Shown here: positions 9,715-19,935 of the stretch, piece after piece
Layout of the letters: every line of letters starts with the position of its first letter
How positions within the stretch are numbered: position 1 is the stretch's first letter
Origin: a virus
Taxonomy: Duplodnaviria > Caudoviricetes
Reading direction: 5' to 3' (one strand)
IMG/VR virus record: IMGVR_UViG_3300037160_000193
Location: 1 to 53,653 of that record
Length of the DNA stretch: 53,653 nucleotides
Notes under the pieces: model-generated
Told to the model about the DNA's origin: nothing
Database searches by the model: none
What the model saw: the letters and a program-made list of their open reading frames with translations, nothing else
Program-made: the position numbers and the translations under genes

Positions 9715-11844
9715 TTAGAAGTAGTTGTGAAACGCGATCATCGGCAACGCCAGCGTCGCTGTGGGTGCCCAGCCGGCTGCAGATACATCAGCCGTGGGCG
9801 CCAAACTCGCCCCACTCCCAGTGCTGCTTGCCATCCCGCTGATTACAGCCACGGCGTGGACGCCCCCACCAATGCTTCCGTCGATCACCCCTTGCACGTT
9901 GCCGGTGGTGTAAACGTTCGAGATTGCCAGCGTGGTGGAGTCAGAGTCGAAACAAAGCCAGTACGATCCGGCTGGCAGCGTGGCGACCCCACCTGAGACC
10001 GCACTGCCGCTGCTTACCGCGAATCCAATCCCCACGGTGCTCGCATTGATGTTAGGCGTGCCCCCGCTCACCAGCACGGCGGTCTGAACCACGATTGACG
10101 TGAGGTTGTTGCTCCTGATCGTGATGACAGCGCCGCACGTACCACTGCATGTTCCCGACGCGGCAGTGATATACGCGCCGATGGAGCGAAACTCCAGCGT
10201 GGCGAGGACAGTGAGCGGAATCCTAACCCCATGGTTCGCGCCGCCCACACCGAAATAGGCCGACCCGGCAGAACTGTAGCCGATCCCGTACGGGTAATAC
10301 GATCCCTTTTGGCCGGCATTGACCGCTGCTGTGTTGACCGGCCCAATCAGCGAGCTACACGTCCCCGGCCATTCACCCGAAGCCTTCGGCCCCCAGAGGC
10401 AATGGGTATCAGTCCGTAGGAAGAAGTCTCCGTCCACTCCCTGTCCCGAACTAGGCCCAGAGGTCCCGCTCAGCACTGTGTTGCCATTGCCGCCGCTACT
10501 GCCATTCGTCCCGGCAGCCCCCGCCGCACCTGTCGCGCCCGCGGCCCCTGTCGGCCCAATCAGCGAAGTACAGGTTCCGGGCCACGCACCCGAGGCTTTC
10601 GGTCCGTACAGGCAGGTGCTCGTGTTGTTCAAGTAGAAGTCGCCGTCGCCTCCCGTCCCAGACCCCGGAGCACCCGCCCCGTTCAAGATGGTCTTCCCAT
10701 CCGCACCCGACGCGCCCTGTGGCCCCGTGGCTCCGACGCTTCCTTGCGGCCCTTGCGAGCCGGTAGCTCCTGTGGCCCCAGGATTCCCCTGGGCGCCTGT
10801 GGCTCCGACATTTCCCTGCGGCCCGGTTGCACCTTGCGGTCCCTGCGGGCCAGTGGCCCCAACGTTTCCCTGAGGCCCAGTGGCACCGACGATCCCCTGC
10901 GCACCTGTGGCACCCACTGGCCCGACCAGCGAAGTACACGATCCGGGCCAAGCACTTGCAGCCTTCGGACCGTACAGGCAGCTTGTCGCCGTGTTCAGGT
11001 AGAAGTCCCCGTTCGCTCCGGTACCAGCCGATGGTGACACGGCTCCATTGAGAACCGCGCGGCCGTCAGCACCACCCAAGCCTTGAATGCCCTGTGAGCC
11101 TTGAATCCCTGGGATACCCTGCGGACCGGTGCTACCCGCCGGGCCAACGGTCCCGGTATCGCCCTTGATACCCTGCAAGCCGATCAACGAGGCGCAGGAA
11201 CCCCAGGCGCCAGCAGCCTTCGGCCCATACAGGCAACTTGTGTCCGTGCGCAGAAAGAAATCTCCGTCCACTCCCTGCGCCGAATTAGGCCCAGATGTCC
11301 CGCTGAGCACCGTGTTGCCGTTGGTGCCGTTCGCGCCTGCTGGCCCTGTCGCGCCCACCGACCCTACCGCTCCACAGTCCACTGGTTGCCACGAGGTCCC
11401 TGTCCAGCCCAGGCACTTGCCTGGCATCGCACCGCCGCCCAGGATCTGCTGAGGCTGAATCATGATCGTCGGCGCCGGAACGTTCAAGATGTGAATCTGG
11501 TTGAGCTTTAATGGCGACGGGCTCGTCGGTACGACCCAACGCTCCGACCATGCCCCCGATGCGCCGCCGCGCGATGGTGTGAAACGGACCAGATAACTGG
11601 TTCCGGAAGGAACGGCGGTGTCGTTCGGCTCCAGATCGAATGAGATAGAACCGTTGGCGATTGTGAATTCCTGTTGCCACCGGAGAACCGTACGGCCATC
11701 GGCGGTCGTCATGTCCGGCGCGGAAATCACTACCTTGCCGCTGAACTGGATTCCCGAAACCCCGGTATAGGCGGTGTCGCGGATCTGGGTCTGCGAGAAC
11801 AGAGTCGCCGCCCACATGAATACCAATAGGAAAATACGATTCAT
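9715..11844 (-). CDS. Collagen-like fibre protein with repeated GDF(F/Y)L..CL(Y/W)GPK..W modules
   Basis: Long (G-X-Y)n tracts interrupted by four copies of a ~45-aa module. Hydrophobic N-terminus resembles a signal peptide. Confidence 0.8.
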   Translation of the reverse strand: MNRIFLLVFMWAATLFSQTQIRDTAYTGVSGIQFSGKVVISAPDMTTADGRTVLRWQQEFTIANGSISFDLEPNDTAVPSGTSYLVRFTPSRGGASGAWSERWVVPTSPSPLKLNQIHILNVPAPTIMIQPQQILGGGAMPGKCLGWTGTSWQPVDCGAVGSVGATGPAGANGTNGNTVLSGTSGPNSAQGVDGDFFLRTDTSCLYGPKAAGAWGSCASLIGLQGIKGDTGTVGPAGSTGPQGIPGIQGSQGIQGLGGADGRAVLNGAVSPSAGTGANGDFYLNTATSCLYGPKAASAWPGSCTSLVGPVGATGAQGIVGATGPQGNVGATGPQGPQGATGPQGNVGATGAQGNPGATGATGSQGPQGSVGATGPQGASGADGKTILNGAGAPGSGTGGDGDFYLNNTSTCLYGPKASGAWPGTCTSLIGPTGAAGATGAAGAAGTNGSSGGNGNTVLSGTSGPSSGQGVDGDFFLRTDTHCLWGPKASGEWPGTCSSLIGPVNTAAVNAGQKGSYYPYGIGYSSAGSAYFGVGGANHGVRIPLTVLATLEFRSIGAYITAASGTCSGTCGAVITIRSNNLTSIVVQTAVLVSGGTPNINASTVGIGFAVSSGSAVSGGVATLPAGSYWLCFDSDSTTLAISNVYTTGNVQGVIDGSIGGGVHAVAVISGMASSTGSGASLAPTADVSAAGWAPTATLALPMIAFHNYF

Positions 11845-11857
11845 AAGGAATCCACCT

Positions 11858-12259
11858 TCATGCCAGTTCGAGCAGTTCTATCTGAACGTCCGACCTGCCG
11901 GGCCCGGACGACTGCTGCCAATCGCCGTTGAAGCGGACTGTGTAGCGGCCAACAGTTGCGATGCCCGTTGGATCGTATGAGAACTTCGGGCTGGTGTCGT
12001 AGGGGTCGTAAAAGTAGAACGGTTCGGTCGAGCCGTCCCGCGCGTCGAAGAAGTTTCTGAGTGTCTGAAGCACAACTGGTGGCAGCCGCTTCGTCAAGCG
12101 CCACCGCTTCCGGCTGGTCGCTGCCAACACCGAACGTTGCGACTCGCCGTTCTTGTATTCGTTCTCGATCAGCGGGTACGCCCGCTCATGGACGAACGAC
12201 TTGCACAGCGATAACGGGAGCACCGTGGCCGGAGCAGCGTTTAGAACAGAACCGGGCAT
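11858..12259 (-). CDS. Distal tail protein-like (DUF2460 / lambda gpM-like)
   Basis: Immediately after the tape measure gene. LRNFFDARDGSTEPFYFYDP...YTVRF motif. ATG at 12259. Confidence 0.75.
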   Translation of the reverse strand: MPGSVLNAAPATVLPLSLCKSFVHERAYPLIENEYKNGESQRSVLAATSRKRWRLTKRLPPVVLQTLRNFFDARDGSTEPFYFYDPYDTSPKFSYDPTGIATVGRYTVRFNGDWQQSSGPGRSDVQIELLELA

Positions 12260-12260
12260 C

Positions 12261-15200
12261 TTAGCTGACAATCGTTCCGGGGCTCAACTGAAGGCTGGTG
12301 AGTTCGCGCCGGTTCGCGTTCGATTTCGTCGCGGCCATCGACGCGTTTTGTACTAGGCGCGGATTGTTGGTGATGGCCTGCACCGCCTGACCCTGGAGTA
12401 GCGCCGTCGTGGCGGGCCCGTCGAGTTGAATCACCAGCCCGCCACCGGACGGAGTGCCGGCGCCGATCTGGTCGAGTCCCGGCAGGCCTCCCAGGGCGGG
12501 AAGCGGGGTGCCGTTGTTGTACTGCGGCGACTGGAATAACGATCCGCCCGTCTCTACCAGTGAGAGGGGCGTCACTGTACCGGGCATGCCGGTCGTCTTC
12601 TGGCCGGTGGTCATGGCGTACAACTGGATCAGGTCGCGGATCTGGGGCGAGCGGATCGCCATGTCGAGGTTGCCGCCGAACCCGGATTTGGCCATGTCTA
12701 CGATCTGTTGCAACACCCCCTTATCGGCGATATCGACCCCGTAGAGTGCCTTGATCTTCTCCTTCGCCTTATCCGCAGCGCCCTTCACGAACAACCGGAC
12801 AATGCCTGCGACCGCTCCGGCGACGCCACCGATGGCCGCGCCAAGAGGACCGCCGAACTTGTACCCGATCAACGCGCCGCCCGCAGTGGTCTCCGCGACG
12901 CCGATTTTGCCGCCACGCCGAAGACCATCCATCGCCAGGAGCGCCCCACCCATGAGGGCGGCGTCCGACTTGCCAAGAGCCTGGAGCTTGTCGCCAAACG
13001 ATCCGTACTGGCTGATCCAGCCGCCCGTGGCCATGCGGCCACCGCCCATATCGACCCACTTGTTGTCGCCAAACCCGAAGAACGACTTGAGGCCGGGCAG
13101 TATGCCAGCCAAGCCCGCTTTCGAGAAGATCCCTCCAGCTGCTGGCGCGGCACCGATGCCGGCACCGCCTCCCGACGAGGACGGCACGAACGGCGGCGTC
13201 CCGCCTACCGCTGAGCCGGGGAAACGGACGATACCGCCCGATCCGAAGATAGGAGGCAGGATGGACCCAAGCCCACCACCACTGCCAGCGCCGGGGCCGG
13301 CACTGCCAGATGGCAGGAACGGGGGCGTTCCGCCAGGCGCGCCACCAGCGAACACCGGGACCGCACCGATCCCGAGGATGCCGCCCAGCCCGCCGAACAG
13401 CCCACCGCCACCCTTGCCGCTGCCGATACCGCCCTGCTGCATCTGCATGTTGGCGCCGGGGACAAACATGTTCATCAGCATCATCGCCACGCGCGAGGTC
13501 ACGACATCTTTGATAGCGGTGAGAAGCGCGGTCTTCAGCGAGTTCCCAATCGCCGACCACACCGACTGCGATTTGGTCGCGAGGGCGTCGAAAACGCCGC
13601 CAGCCTGCTGTTTGAGCGATTGGAAGATGCTCTGGTACTGGTCCGTGACGAGTTTGCGCGTGGACGTCGCGCCCTTGATCTGCGCGACGTCGATCTCAGT
13701 GGTGGTGGCCTTCTGGAGAGCGTCCTTTTCGTGCTGGCCCAGTTCGCGGATCTTGTTGCCGATCTGGTCGAGATAGGGCTCGTAGAAGATGCCCTGCGCC
13801 ATCGCCGCCTTGCGCGCCTCGTCCACCTGGCGTTCCGTCCGAGCGTCGATCTCCTCCAGTTCGATCTTGGTCCGGTCCTTCATGGCCTGGACCTCGATGG
13901 CGGTCTTGGCGTTCTCCAACGCCACTTTGTCCTGAAGCGTGCGCGCATCCACCGACTCCAGTTGGGCCAGTTGCAGATTCTTCCGCTGGTCAACCGCCGA
14001 AATCGCCGCCGAACGGCCCTGGTCGTCGATCTTGTCCTGCCAATGCGATTCCTGCTCCCATACGTAGAGGTTCTGCTTCATCGGTTCGAGATACAGAAGC
14101 TCGAACATCTTCTGGGAGCGCGCGGCCGACGCCTTCCACATCTGCTCCAGGCGGCGCGATTCCTCCTCGTTGAACTTCATGTCGAACGCCGCGAGCCTTT
14201 CCGCGGTCGCCTTGTGGATTGTTTCGAGGGTGGAAGCATTGAGCTTGAAATGTCGAACGGCGCCACTTTTCTCGTCCGTGTACGTGGACCGCTGCTCGAT
14301 CTCGCGCTTCTCCTCCTCCTTGATCTTCTCGACGCCAGCCTGACGCTCCTGCATCGACAGCAGCACGACGTTCAGCGATTCCCTCGCGGCTTGGGTTTCG
14401 GAGTGCGTGGACTCGATGATCTTCATGGAGTCCTCAATGCGGGCGCGCGCCTGGTCGTGCTCCGCGCTCTTGCGCTCCTCGACGGCGCGCATGTAGAGTT
14501 CCTGGGCCGACTTCTCGGCTTCGCCCCGCTTCTTTCGCTCCGTCGCGATCCGGTTCACCTCGTCGTCCGTGAGTTCGCCCTTGCCCAGGATCTTGAGTTT
14601 CGGAAAGCCCACGCCGCTGAAGTCGTCCCAGGAATCGCCAGGCAACATCCGCCGACCACCGATGATCTCTTTGACCTGGTCGTCGGTGTAGCCCATTTTC
14701 TTCACGTCATCGGGCTTGAGTTTCCCGCTAAAGAGATCCGTTTGGAGTCCCTTGCGGCGCATGTCGTCGAAGGTACGATCCATGCCCTCGTGCATCTTGT
14801 TGTATTCGTAGTAGATGATTGCGCCGGCGGCGACAACGCCGGTCAGCAGCAACCCGATGGGATTCGCAGTGAGCGCCAGGGCCAGCCCTTGCACGGCGCT
14901 GGCAATGCCCGCGATCTTCGTGATGATGCCGTACGTGACAATCGCGCCGGCCACGAAGATCGCCGCTTCTCCGAACTTCACCAGCCAGTCGGAGTTGTCC
15001 TTCAGAAAGCCCACAAGATCGCGCAGGTGGCCGACCCACGACCGCAAATACCCCTGGAACTGCTCGCCCACTGCTTCCTTCAGTTCGTTCACTTCGCGAG
15101 CAAGAGCAGCAGACTGCGCCTCCGCGCTTCCGGCCGCAGCGCCAGCCGCGCCCTGGATCTTCGCCGCCTCGCGCATCACCGCGTTGTAGCGGAGTTGCCG

Positions 15201-15830
15201 AACCTCGTTTTCGTCAAGCGTCCTGCCGGTCAGCTTCTCCTGGCGGTCCACCTCTTTGTTGAGATCGACGAAGATCCCCATGGTCCGGAGGCCGCGCGAC
15301 GCGCCCGACTCGATGGCCATGAGCAGCTTCTCCAGCGCCTCGCCGGGCGTGATGTTCTCGATGGCGGCGGCATCCTTGGCAACCTTCGCCAGCCCCTCGG
15401 CTTTAGATAGGTTCATGTCCGCGACCATCAGGCGGTCGACGGCATGGATGGCGTCCTGCGTTCCGAAGCCGACCTTCTTGACCGCTTCGACGGCACGGTT
15501 CGACGCCTCCGCACTCATTCCATGGGCCCTCGCGAGGGCAGCCATCGACATGCTCATCTTGTCGGTGTGGGCGGCGTGCTGCGCCGCACCGAGCGTCCAC
15601 TCCTTGGCCCAGTCCAGCGCCTTCCTGATCGAGTCCGCGAGGAGGTTGCCCGTCGCCGAGCCCTTGACCATGCTGACCGTCAAACCATCGATACCGGCGG
15701 ATGCGCCGCGCGCGGCCTTCCCCGCCGCCTGCTCCATGCTGGACAGACCTGTGTTGATGCTCTTGATCGAGGCGTTCGCCCTGTTGACGTCCACCTCGAC
15801 GACGAGTTCGAGCTTATTGTTGTCGGCCAT
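12261..15830 (-). CDS. Tail tape measure protein
   Basis: 1189 aa, Ala/Gly-rich and coiled-coil, with hydrophobic segments. N-terminus MADNNKLELVVEVDV. Lies between the chaperones and the distal tail gene. Confidence 0.9.
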   Translation of the reverse strand: MADNNKLELVVEVDVNRANASIKSINTGLSSMEQAAGKAARGASAGIDGLTVSMVKGSATGNLLADSIRKALDWAKEWTLGAAQHAAHTDKMSMSMAALARAHGMSAEASNRAVEAVKKVGFGTQDAIHAVDRLMVADMNLSKAEGLAKVAKDAAAIENITPGEALEKLLMAIESGASRGLRTMGIFVDLNKEVDRQEKLTGRTLDENEVRQLRYNAVMREAAKIQGAAGAAAGSAEAQSAALAREVNELKEAVGEQFQGYLRSWVGHLRDLVGFLKDNSDWLVKFGEAAIFVAGAIVTYGIITKIAGIASAVQGLALALTANPIGLLLTGVVAAGAIIYYEYNKMHEGMDRTFDDMRRKGLQTDLFSGKLKPDDVKKMGYTDDQVKEIIGGRRMLPGDSWDDFSGVGFPKLKILGKGELTDDEVNRIATERKKRGEAEKSAQELYMRAVEERKSAEHDQARARIEDSMKIIESTHSETQAARESLNVVLLSMQERQAGVEKIKEEEKREIEQRSTYTDEKSGAVRHFKLNASTLETIHKATAERLAAFDMKFNEEESRRLEQMWKASAARSQKMFELLYLEPMKQNLYVWEQESHWQDKIDDQGRSAAISAVDQRKNLQLAQLESVDARTLQDKVALENAKTAIEVQAMKDRTKIELEEIDARTERQVDEARKAAMAQGIFYEPYLDQIGNKIRELGQHEKDALQKATTTEIDVAQIKGATSTRKLVTDQYQSIFQSLKQQAGGVFDALATKSQSVWSAIGNSLKTALLTAIKDVVTSRVAMMLMNMFVPGANMQMQQGGIGSGKGGGGLFGGLGGILGIGAVPVFAGGAPGGTPPFLPSGSAGPGAGSGGGLGSILPPIFGSGGIVRFPGSAVGGTPPFVPSSSGGGAGIGAAPAAGGIFSKAGLAGILPGLKSFFGFGDNKWVDMGGGRMATGGWISQYGSFGDKLQALGKSDAALMGGALLAMDGLRRGGKIGVAETTAGGALIGYKFGGPLGAAIGGVAGAVAGIVRLFVKGAADKAKEKIKALYGVDIADKGVLQQIVDMAKSGFGGNLDMAIRSPQIRDLIQLYAMTTGQKTTGMPGTVTPLSLVETGGSLFQSPQYNNGTPLPALGGLPGLDQIGAGTPSGGGLVIQLDGPATTALLQGQAVQAITNNPRLVQNASMAATKSNANRRELTSLQLSPGTIVS

Positions 15831-16084
15831 GGAACGTGACAGCGGGTCAGTATCTGCGAAGCGGAGAGGTTCAGTCGGAAAGAGCTTGGTCAGTGTCTCG
15901 CGGACTCGTCACCGGTGCGTGCCAGATGTCAGCAATGCGCGTGATACGGCCAAGTGCTCGCTGAATTCCCACGCGGCAGCCGCTGATCTTGCCCGGCGAA
16001 ACGACTCGATTTCAGTATCTTCCGTAACGGTCGGGAGCGAGCCGATCCGTCCTGGTGTCTGCACGATTCCGCGAGGCTAAGGGC

Positions 16085-19000
16085 TTAGACGGGCGCCGAA
16101 ACCGAGTCAGGAGGCAATTTCGGCCCGTGACGGAGGCCGATCTTACCGACAAGTATTCGTAGATCGGGATGTAGGTCCTCGGCCTTCGTGGTCATCAGCC
16201 ATTTGAGATTTTCTTCGAAAACCCTGAGGGATACGGGATCGTTCATTCGTTCGAGAAGCTCGAAAGTGTCCCAAGCGGTCAGAGTCGTCAGCAAATGGTG
16301 AGCCTCAAGCTTACGTTTTCGAAGATCGAGTGCCTTGCTAAGCAACCTTAGGGCGTCATCGAACCGCCCCATTGCTGCATAGGTCCTCCCAAGGGCTCGA
16401 TACGTGAAGGCCATTTGCGTATGATCGGGGCCCAAGGCACCGAGACGCAATTCGAGCGTGTTCTCAAGCAGTTCCTGCGCCCCTTCCAGGTCCTTCAACT
16501 GGCACAGTGCGTCTCCAAGCGCGCTCGCTGTTCTCAACGTCTCCTCGTCCTTCTCACCTAGGATCCGGCGGCGCGCAACGAATACATCCTGGAAACGAAA
16601 AGCCGCGGCGTGATAGTCCCTCAGATCGTACAGCGCCCAAGCAAGGCGATGGCTAGCATAAAGCGTACGCGGGTTGTCCTTTCCCTGAAACTCTTCACGG
16701 AGTCGGACCGCCTCTCCCAGCGCTTGCTTCGCGGACTCGTAATCTCCGGCTGCATAGTAGGTCTGACCTAGAAACTCAATAGCATTTAATGTCCTCGGGT
16801 GATCATTCCCATGTATTTGCCGACGAAGAGAGATCTCTTCTTGGAAGAGCTTCGCTGCGACCTCATAACTGCCGACGCCTTTGTACGCGTGCGCGAGCCG
16901 GGCTATCTCGTTTACTGTCATCGGATGTCTGTCTCCGAGCGATCCGGCCTTTCGATATAAGTCAACGGCCTGAGTGTGCAGCTGAATTGAGCGAGGGGCA
17001 TCGGCTTCCATCGAGGCCAACCAACCTAAAGTACGTAGGGTATCTGGATGCAGATCGCCCCTGGCGCTCCTATAAAGATCCAATACCCGACGCATCAGCG
17101 ATGTCCCCGCGTCAACGTCTCCGCATTTCCATTGGACGATGGCGAGATTGTGCATCGCGGTAATGGTCTCCCGATCATCTTCGCCTAAATTCTGCCGATC
17201 AAAAGCCACTACCTTTTCTAGTACACGTCGAGCTTCCTTGAAATCGTTCTGACAAGATAGAGTGACAGAGAGATTGTTCAGAGCATTGATAGTTCCCTGG
17301 TGATGTTCACCCAGACTGGTTAGACAGATCCCAACGGCTTCTTCCTCCAGTCGGCGTGCGGCAGAGTACGCGGTCCCGGTCGGATCATCCCACCATATTC
17401 GTTCTCTCTCCCGGATCACGTCTGCCACCGACAACATCGGCGTCACAAGATCCACACCATTTCGATAGATCCGCCTGGAGAAGTCAAGAAGAGCTTGAGC
17501 ATACCGTTCGGCATCATCGTACAGCGCCTGCTCATAACGAAAATTCCGACCGCAAAATCCGACTCCAATGATCTGTTCCGCGAGGCCCTCACGGCGTAGT
17601 AGTTGGCGAGCAGCTCTCGTAAATAGGGCTGATAGGGAAGCGTTAGCGGAATCGAGCACGCCCTCCTGCCGAATAGCTCGGAAGAAAACCCCCTCAGCGT
17701 GTCCGATGCATGCGTTCATCAAAGGCCAGTGTGTTGGGTCCGCACACCTCTCTTTGGTCATAACCTTGCCTAGGGCTCGGCACACTCGCTGCAGTTCGGC
17801 GCGGGGCGTCTTAATACGGCTCCGGATGTAGTCGGCGGTAACACGATGCATAGTTCCCAGGACGTCCACACCTTGGTCATGGCCTCCCCGAGCGCTCAGA
17901 AACGACCTCGCCGTCAGTGCTGTGCGAATGTTTGAAGTATCCACGTCCGTGCCCAGTGCATGGAACAATTCGACTGGAATCGGCTCAGCAGCGAACCAGG
18001 CGATCATTCGGCTTGCAGATCGTACTTCGGGCGCGAGGGCCTCATAGGAAAGCGCCAAGGCTTCTGTAACGCCGCGTAGTGATCCGGGCGGGACCTGCCC
18101 GCGCAAGGCTTCCATCTGGCGGTCAACCTGCTCGGAGGGGCTCTCAAACTTGCATTTGGCCCAAAGTTCATGCGGTGTAATGGCCTTGAAGTGCAAAGCG
18201 CTGTTGAGCACTTCCAAAGCGAGGGGCAGATCACCAACCCAAGCTGCGATTTCGCTCCATTGCGCGTCGGAGAGGCATCTGCGTAACTCGGGCCCTTCAG
18301 TCAAGAGATCAATTGCCGCAGGGCGATTAAGGACATCGAGATCTAGCGACTTCACATATCCTTCCGCCACACGAACTCTACTCGTCACGAGTACAGTCAC
18401 CATTCCAACCGCTGGACAGTAGTCCGTAATGGGCCTGGGAGGCAGGCTGCTGTCGTGTGGCAGATTGTCTACGATGAAGAGCACTGGCTCTCCCGAGCCG
18501 GCGTCGGCCAGCGCGTTTCCAAGTTCCTTGCGGGCATCCCTGCCGGCTTGTAGGAACAAGTGAAGTTCGGGCGTGGCCGATTTCAGCTCGCGCAGCATGC
18601 CGTGAAACTGTCGTTGCAGTCCAGACTCGGTCTGATCGGCTGTCAGCCAAAAAATCCCACCCGGAAAGAACGTTGGGCCGAACCTCCAGGCGTATTCTAG
18701 AGCCACTCGGGTCTTTCCAAATCCACCACCACCGCCCACAGCCCCAGTGAGGGCCGCGGTCCTCGCGGGCTCACCGCGAAGCGTTGTGAGGGAGAAGTGA
18801 ATTCGAAAAAGGTCGTCTGCCCGACCCACAAAGCGCGAGTTGAGCGACGGGGGCAAAGTTATCGGAAAGTGTGGCCGAGGCATGCGCTGCGGCGGAGGCA
18901 ACGCCGTTTCGACGAGCAAGAGCTCTGCGATGGCCCGGGCGTCAAGCTGATCCAATTGCTGTCCAAGGGTCTTGGACGATTCCTGGAGCCTCTCTCGGGT

Positions 19001-19483
19001 CAACCGAACCAGATCCTCGGTTGCCGTAGCCTTTGGCCAGTTGGTCGCTCGAAGAAACGGCGGTAATCCATTCAGCAGTTCGCCCACCCCTCCCTGCGGA
19101 AGGGCAATGATGATGTGCCGGAGAGATGCTTCGAGGCGGTCAGCCTCTTGCTCTGCCCTCCTTAGCAAGCTATTGAATGGCGCAAGGGCGGTTTGAAGTT
19201 CGCGCAGGCACACCCACCGGCGAAAATAGGCCTCATCAATGAATGCGACGAAAACGCGTGCCCCTAGGATCGCTTTCGCTAGCTTCTTAGGAAAATGCTC
19301 GCCTTCGGCTATGCCTTCGGTATCAAGAAAGCCGGGACCATCGGCTCCCCCGAGCGCACGGTAAAGGGACTCGGCCGCAGAGAAACTGGTACTTCGGGCA
19401 TAGGAGATAAAGACGCTGCTTGGCGCGGACAAAGGTTCGTTTTCGACAATGGCAACCATCGCTGCTACACCTGCAACTGACAA
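16085..19483 (-). CDS. TIR-NB-ARC(STAND)-TPR NLR-like protein; moron
   Basis: TIR: VFISYA...FLD...WVCLRELQ. Walker A GGGGFGKT, Walker B VLFIVDNL, GDLPLAL, MHRV. About nine kinesin-light-chain-type TPRs (LGEHHQGT, RGDLHPDT, HGNDHPRT...). Start may be ATG 19459. Confidence 0.9.
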   Translation of the reverse strand: MSVAGVAAMVAIVENEPLSAPSSVFISYARSTSFSAAESLYRALGGADGPGFLDTEGIAEGEHFPKKLAKAILGARVFVAFIDEAYFRRWVCLRELQTALAPFNSLLRRAEQEADRLEASLRHIIIALPQGGVGELLNGLPPFLRATNWPKATATEDLVRLTRERLQESSKTLGQQLDQLDARAIAELLLVETALPPPQRMPRPHFPITLPPSLNSRFVGRADDLFRIHFSLTTLRGEPARTAALTGAVGGGGGFGKTRVALEYAWRFGPTFFPGGIFWLTADQTESGLQRQFHGMLRELKSATPELHLFLQAGRDARKELGNALADAGSGEPVLFIVDNLPHDSSLPPRPITDYCPAVGMVTVLVTSRVRVAEGYVKSLDLDVLNRPAAIDLLTEGPELRRCLSDAQWSEIAAWVGDLPLALEVLNSALHFKAITPHELWAKCKFESPSEQVDRQMEALRGQVPPGSLRGVTEALALSYEALAPEVRSASRMIAWFAAEPIPVELFHALGTDVDTSNIRTALTARSFLSARGGHDQGVDVLGTMHRVTADYIRSRIKTPRAELQRVCRALGKVMTKERCADPTHWPLMNACIGHAEGVFFRAIRQEGVLDSANASLSALFTRAARQLLRREGLAEQIIGVGFCGRNFRYEQALYDDAERYAQALLDFSRRIYRNGVDLVTPMLSVADVIRERERIWWDDPTGTAYSAARRLEEEAVGICLTSLGEHHQGTINALNNLSVTLSCQNDFKEARRVLEKVVAFDRQNLGEDDRETITAMHNLAIVQWKCGDVDAGTSLMRRVLDLYRSARGDLHPDTLRTLGWLASMEADAPRSIQLHTQAVDLYRKAGSLGDRHPMTVNEIARLAHAYKGVGSYEVAAKLFQEEISLRRQIHGNDHPRTLNAIEFLGQTYYAAGDYESAKQALGEAVRLREEFQGKDNPRTLYASHRLAWALYDLRDYHAAAFRFQDVFVARRRILGEKDEETLRTASALGDALCQLKDLEGAQELLENTLELRLGALGPDHTQMAFTYRALGRTYAAMGRFDDALRLLSKALDLRKRKLEAHHLLTTLTAWDTFELLERMNDPVSLRVFEENLKWLMTTKAEDLHPDLRILVGKIGLRHGPKLPPDSVSAPV

Positions 19484-19590
19484 TAGTACCCCGTGTTTAG
19501 CCGCGACGCATTGATCTGGACGCGTAGTCGCCGACTCGCGGAAAGTGCGGGTGGCCGGTTAGGACGCAGGTGGGTTCCGCGTTTACCATC

Positions 19591-19935
19591 TCAGGTAGGC
19601 CCGCCTCCCCTCCATGCGGGCGACTTTTCCCTCTCCAGCAGATCCCGCTCCTCCGCGATGATCAGCATGGCGCAGAACTCGTCGGCGCGCATCTCGTCAA
19701 GGCCGATGTGAACCCCCAGTTTCAGCGCCCCCATCAGGTCCAGAGTACGCCGGATGAGCAGGCCCTTCTCCGCACACTGGGCGGTGTCCAGTCGGTCCAG
19801 CGGGCAGTGGTCGCACCGCTGATCATCGTCCTCCGGCGCGTCGGGGCACAGACCGGGATCGCACAGTTCCTCTCGGCGCAGGGCCCAATGCACCAGGAAC
19901 CGAAACGACGGATCATCCGGCCACTCCCCAGCTAA
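19591..19935 (-). CDS. Tail assembly chaperone, frameshifted (gpGT-like) C-terminal part
   Basis: The -1 frame is open from the slippery site at the end of the upstream gene (LAGEWPDDPSFRFLVHWALRREELC...) to the stop at 19591. Confidence 0.7.
   Translation of the reverse strand, partial: LAGEWPDDPSFRFLVHWALRREELCDPGLCPDAPEDDDQRCDHCPLDRLDTAQCAEKGLLIRRTLDLMGALKLGVHIGLDEMRADEFCAMLIIAEERDLLEREKSPAWRGGGPT

Noticed and set aside
10330-11330. Repeated modules in the collagen-like gene as DGR template/variable repeats
   Set aside because: The repeats are in-frame protein modules, their differences are not adenine-specific, and no reverse transcriptase is in the window.
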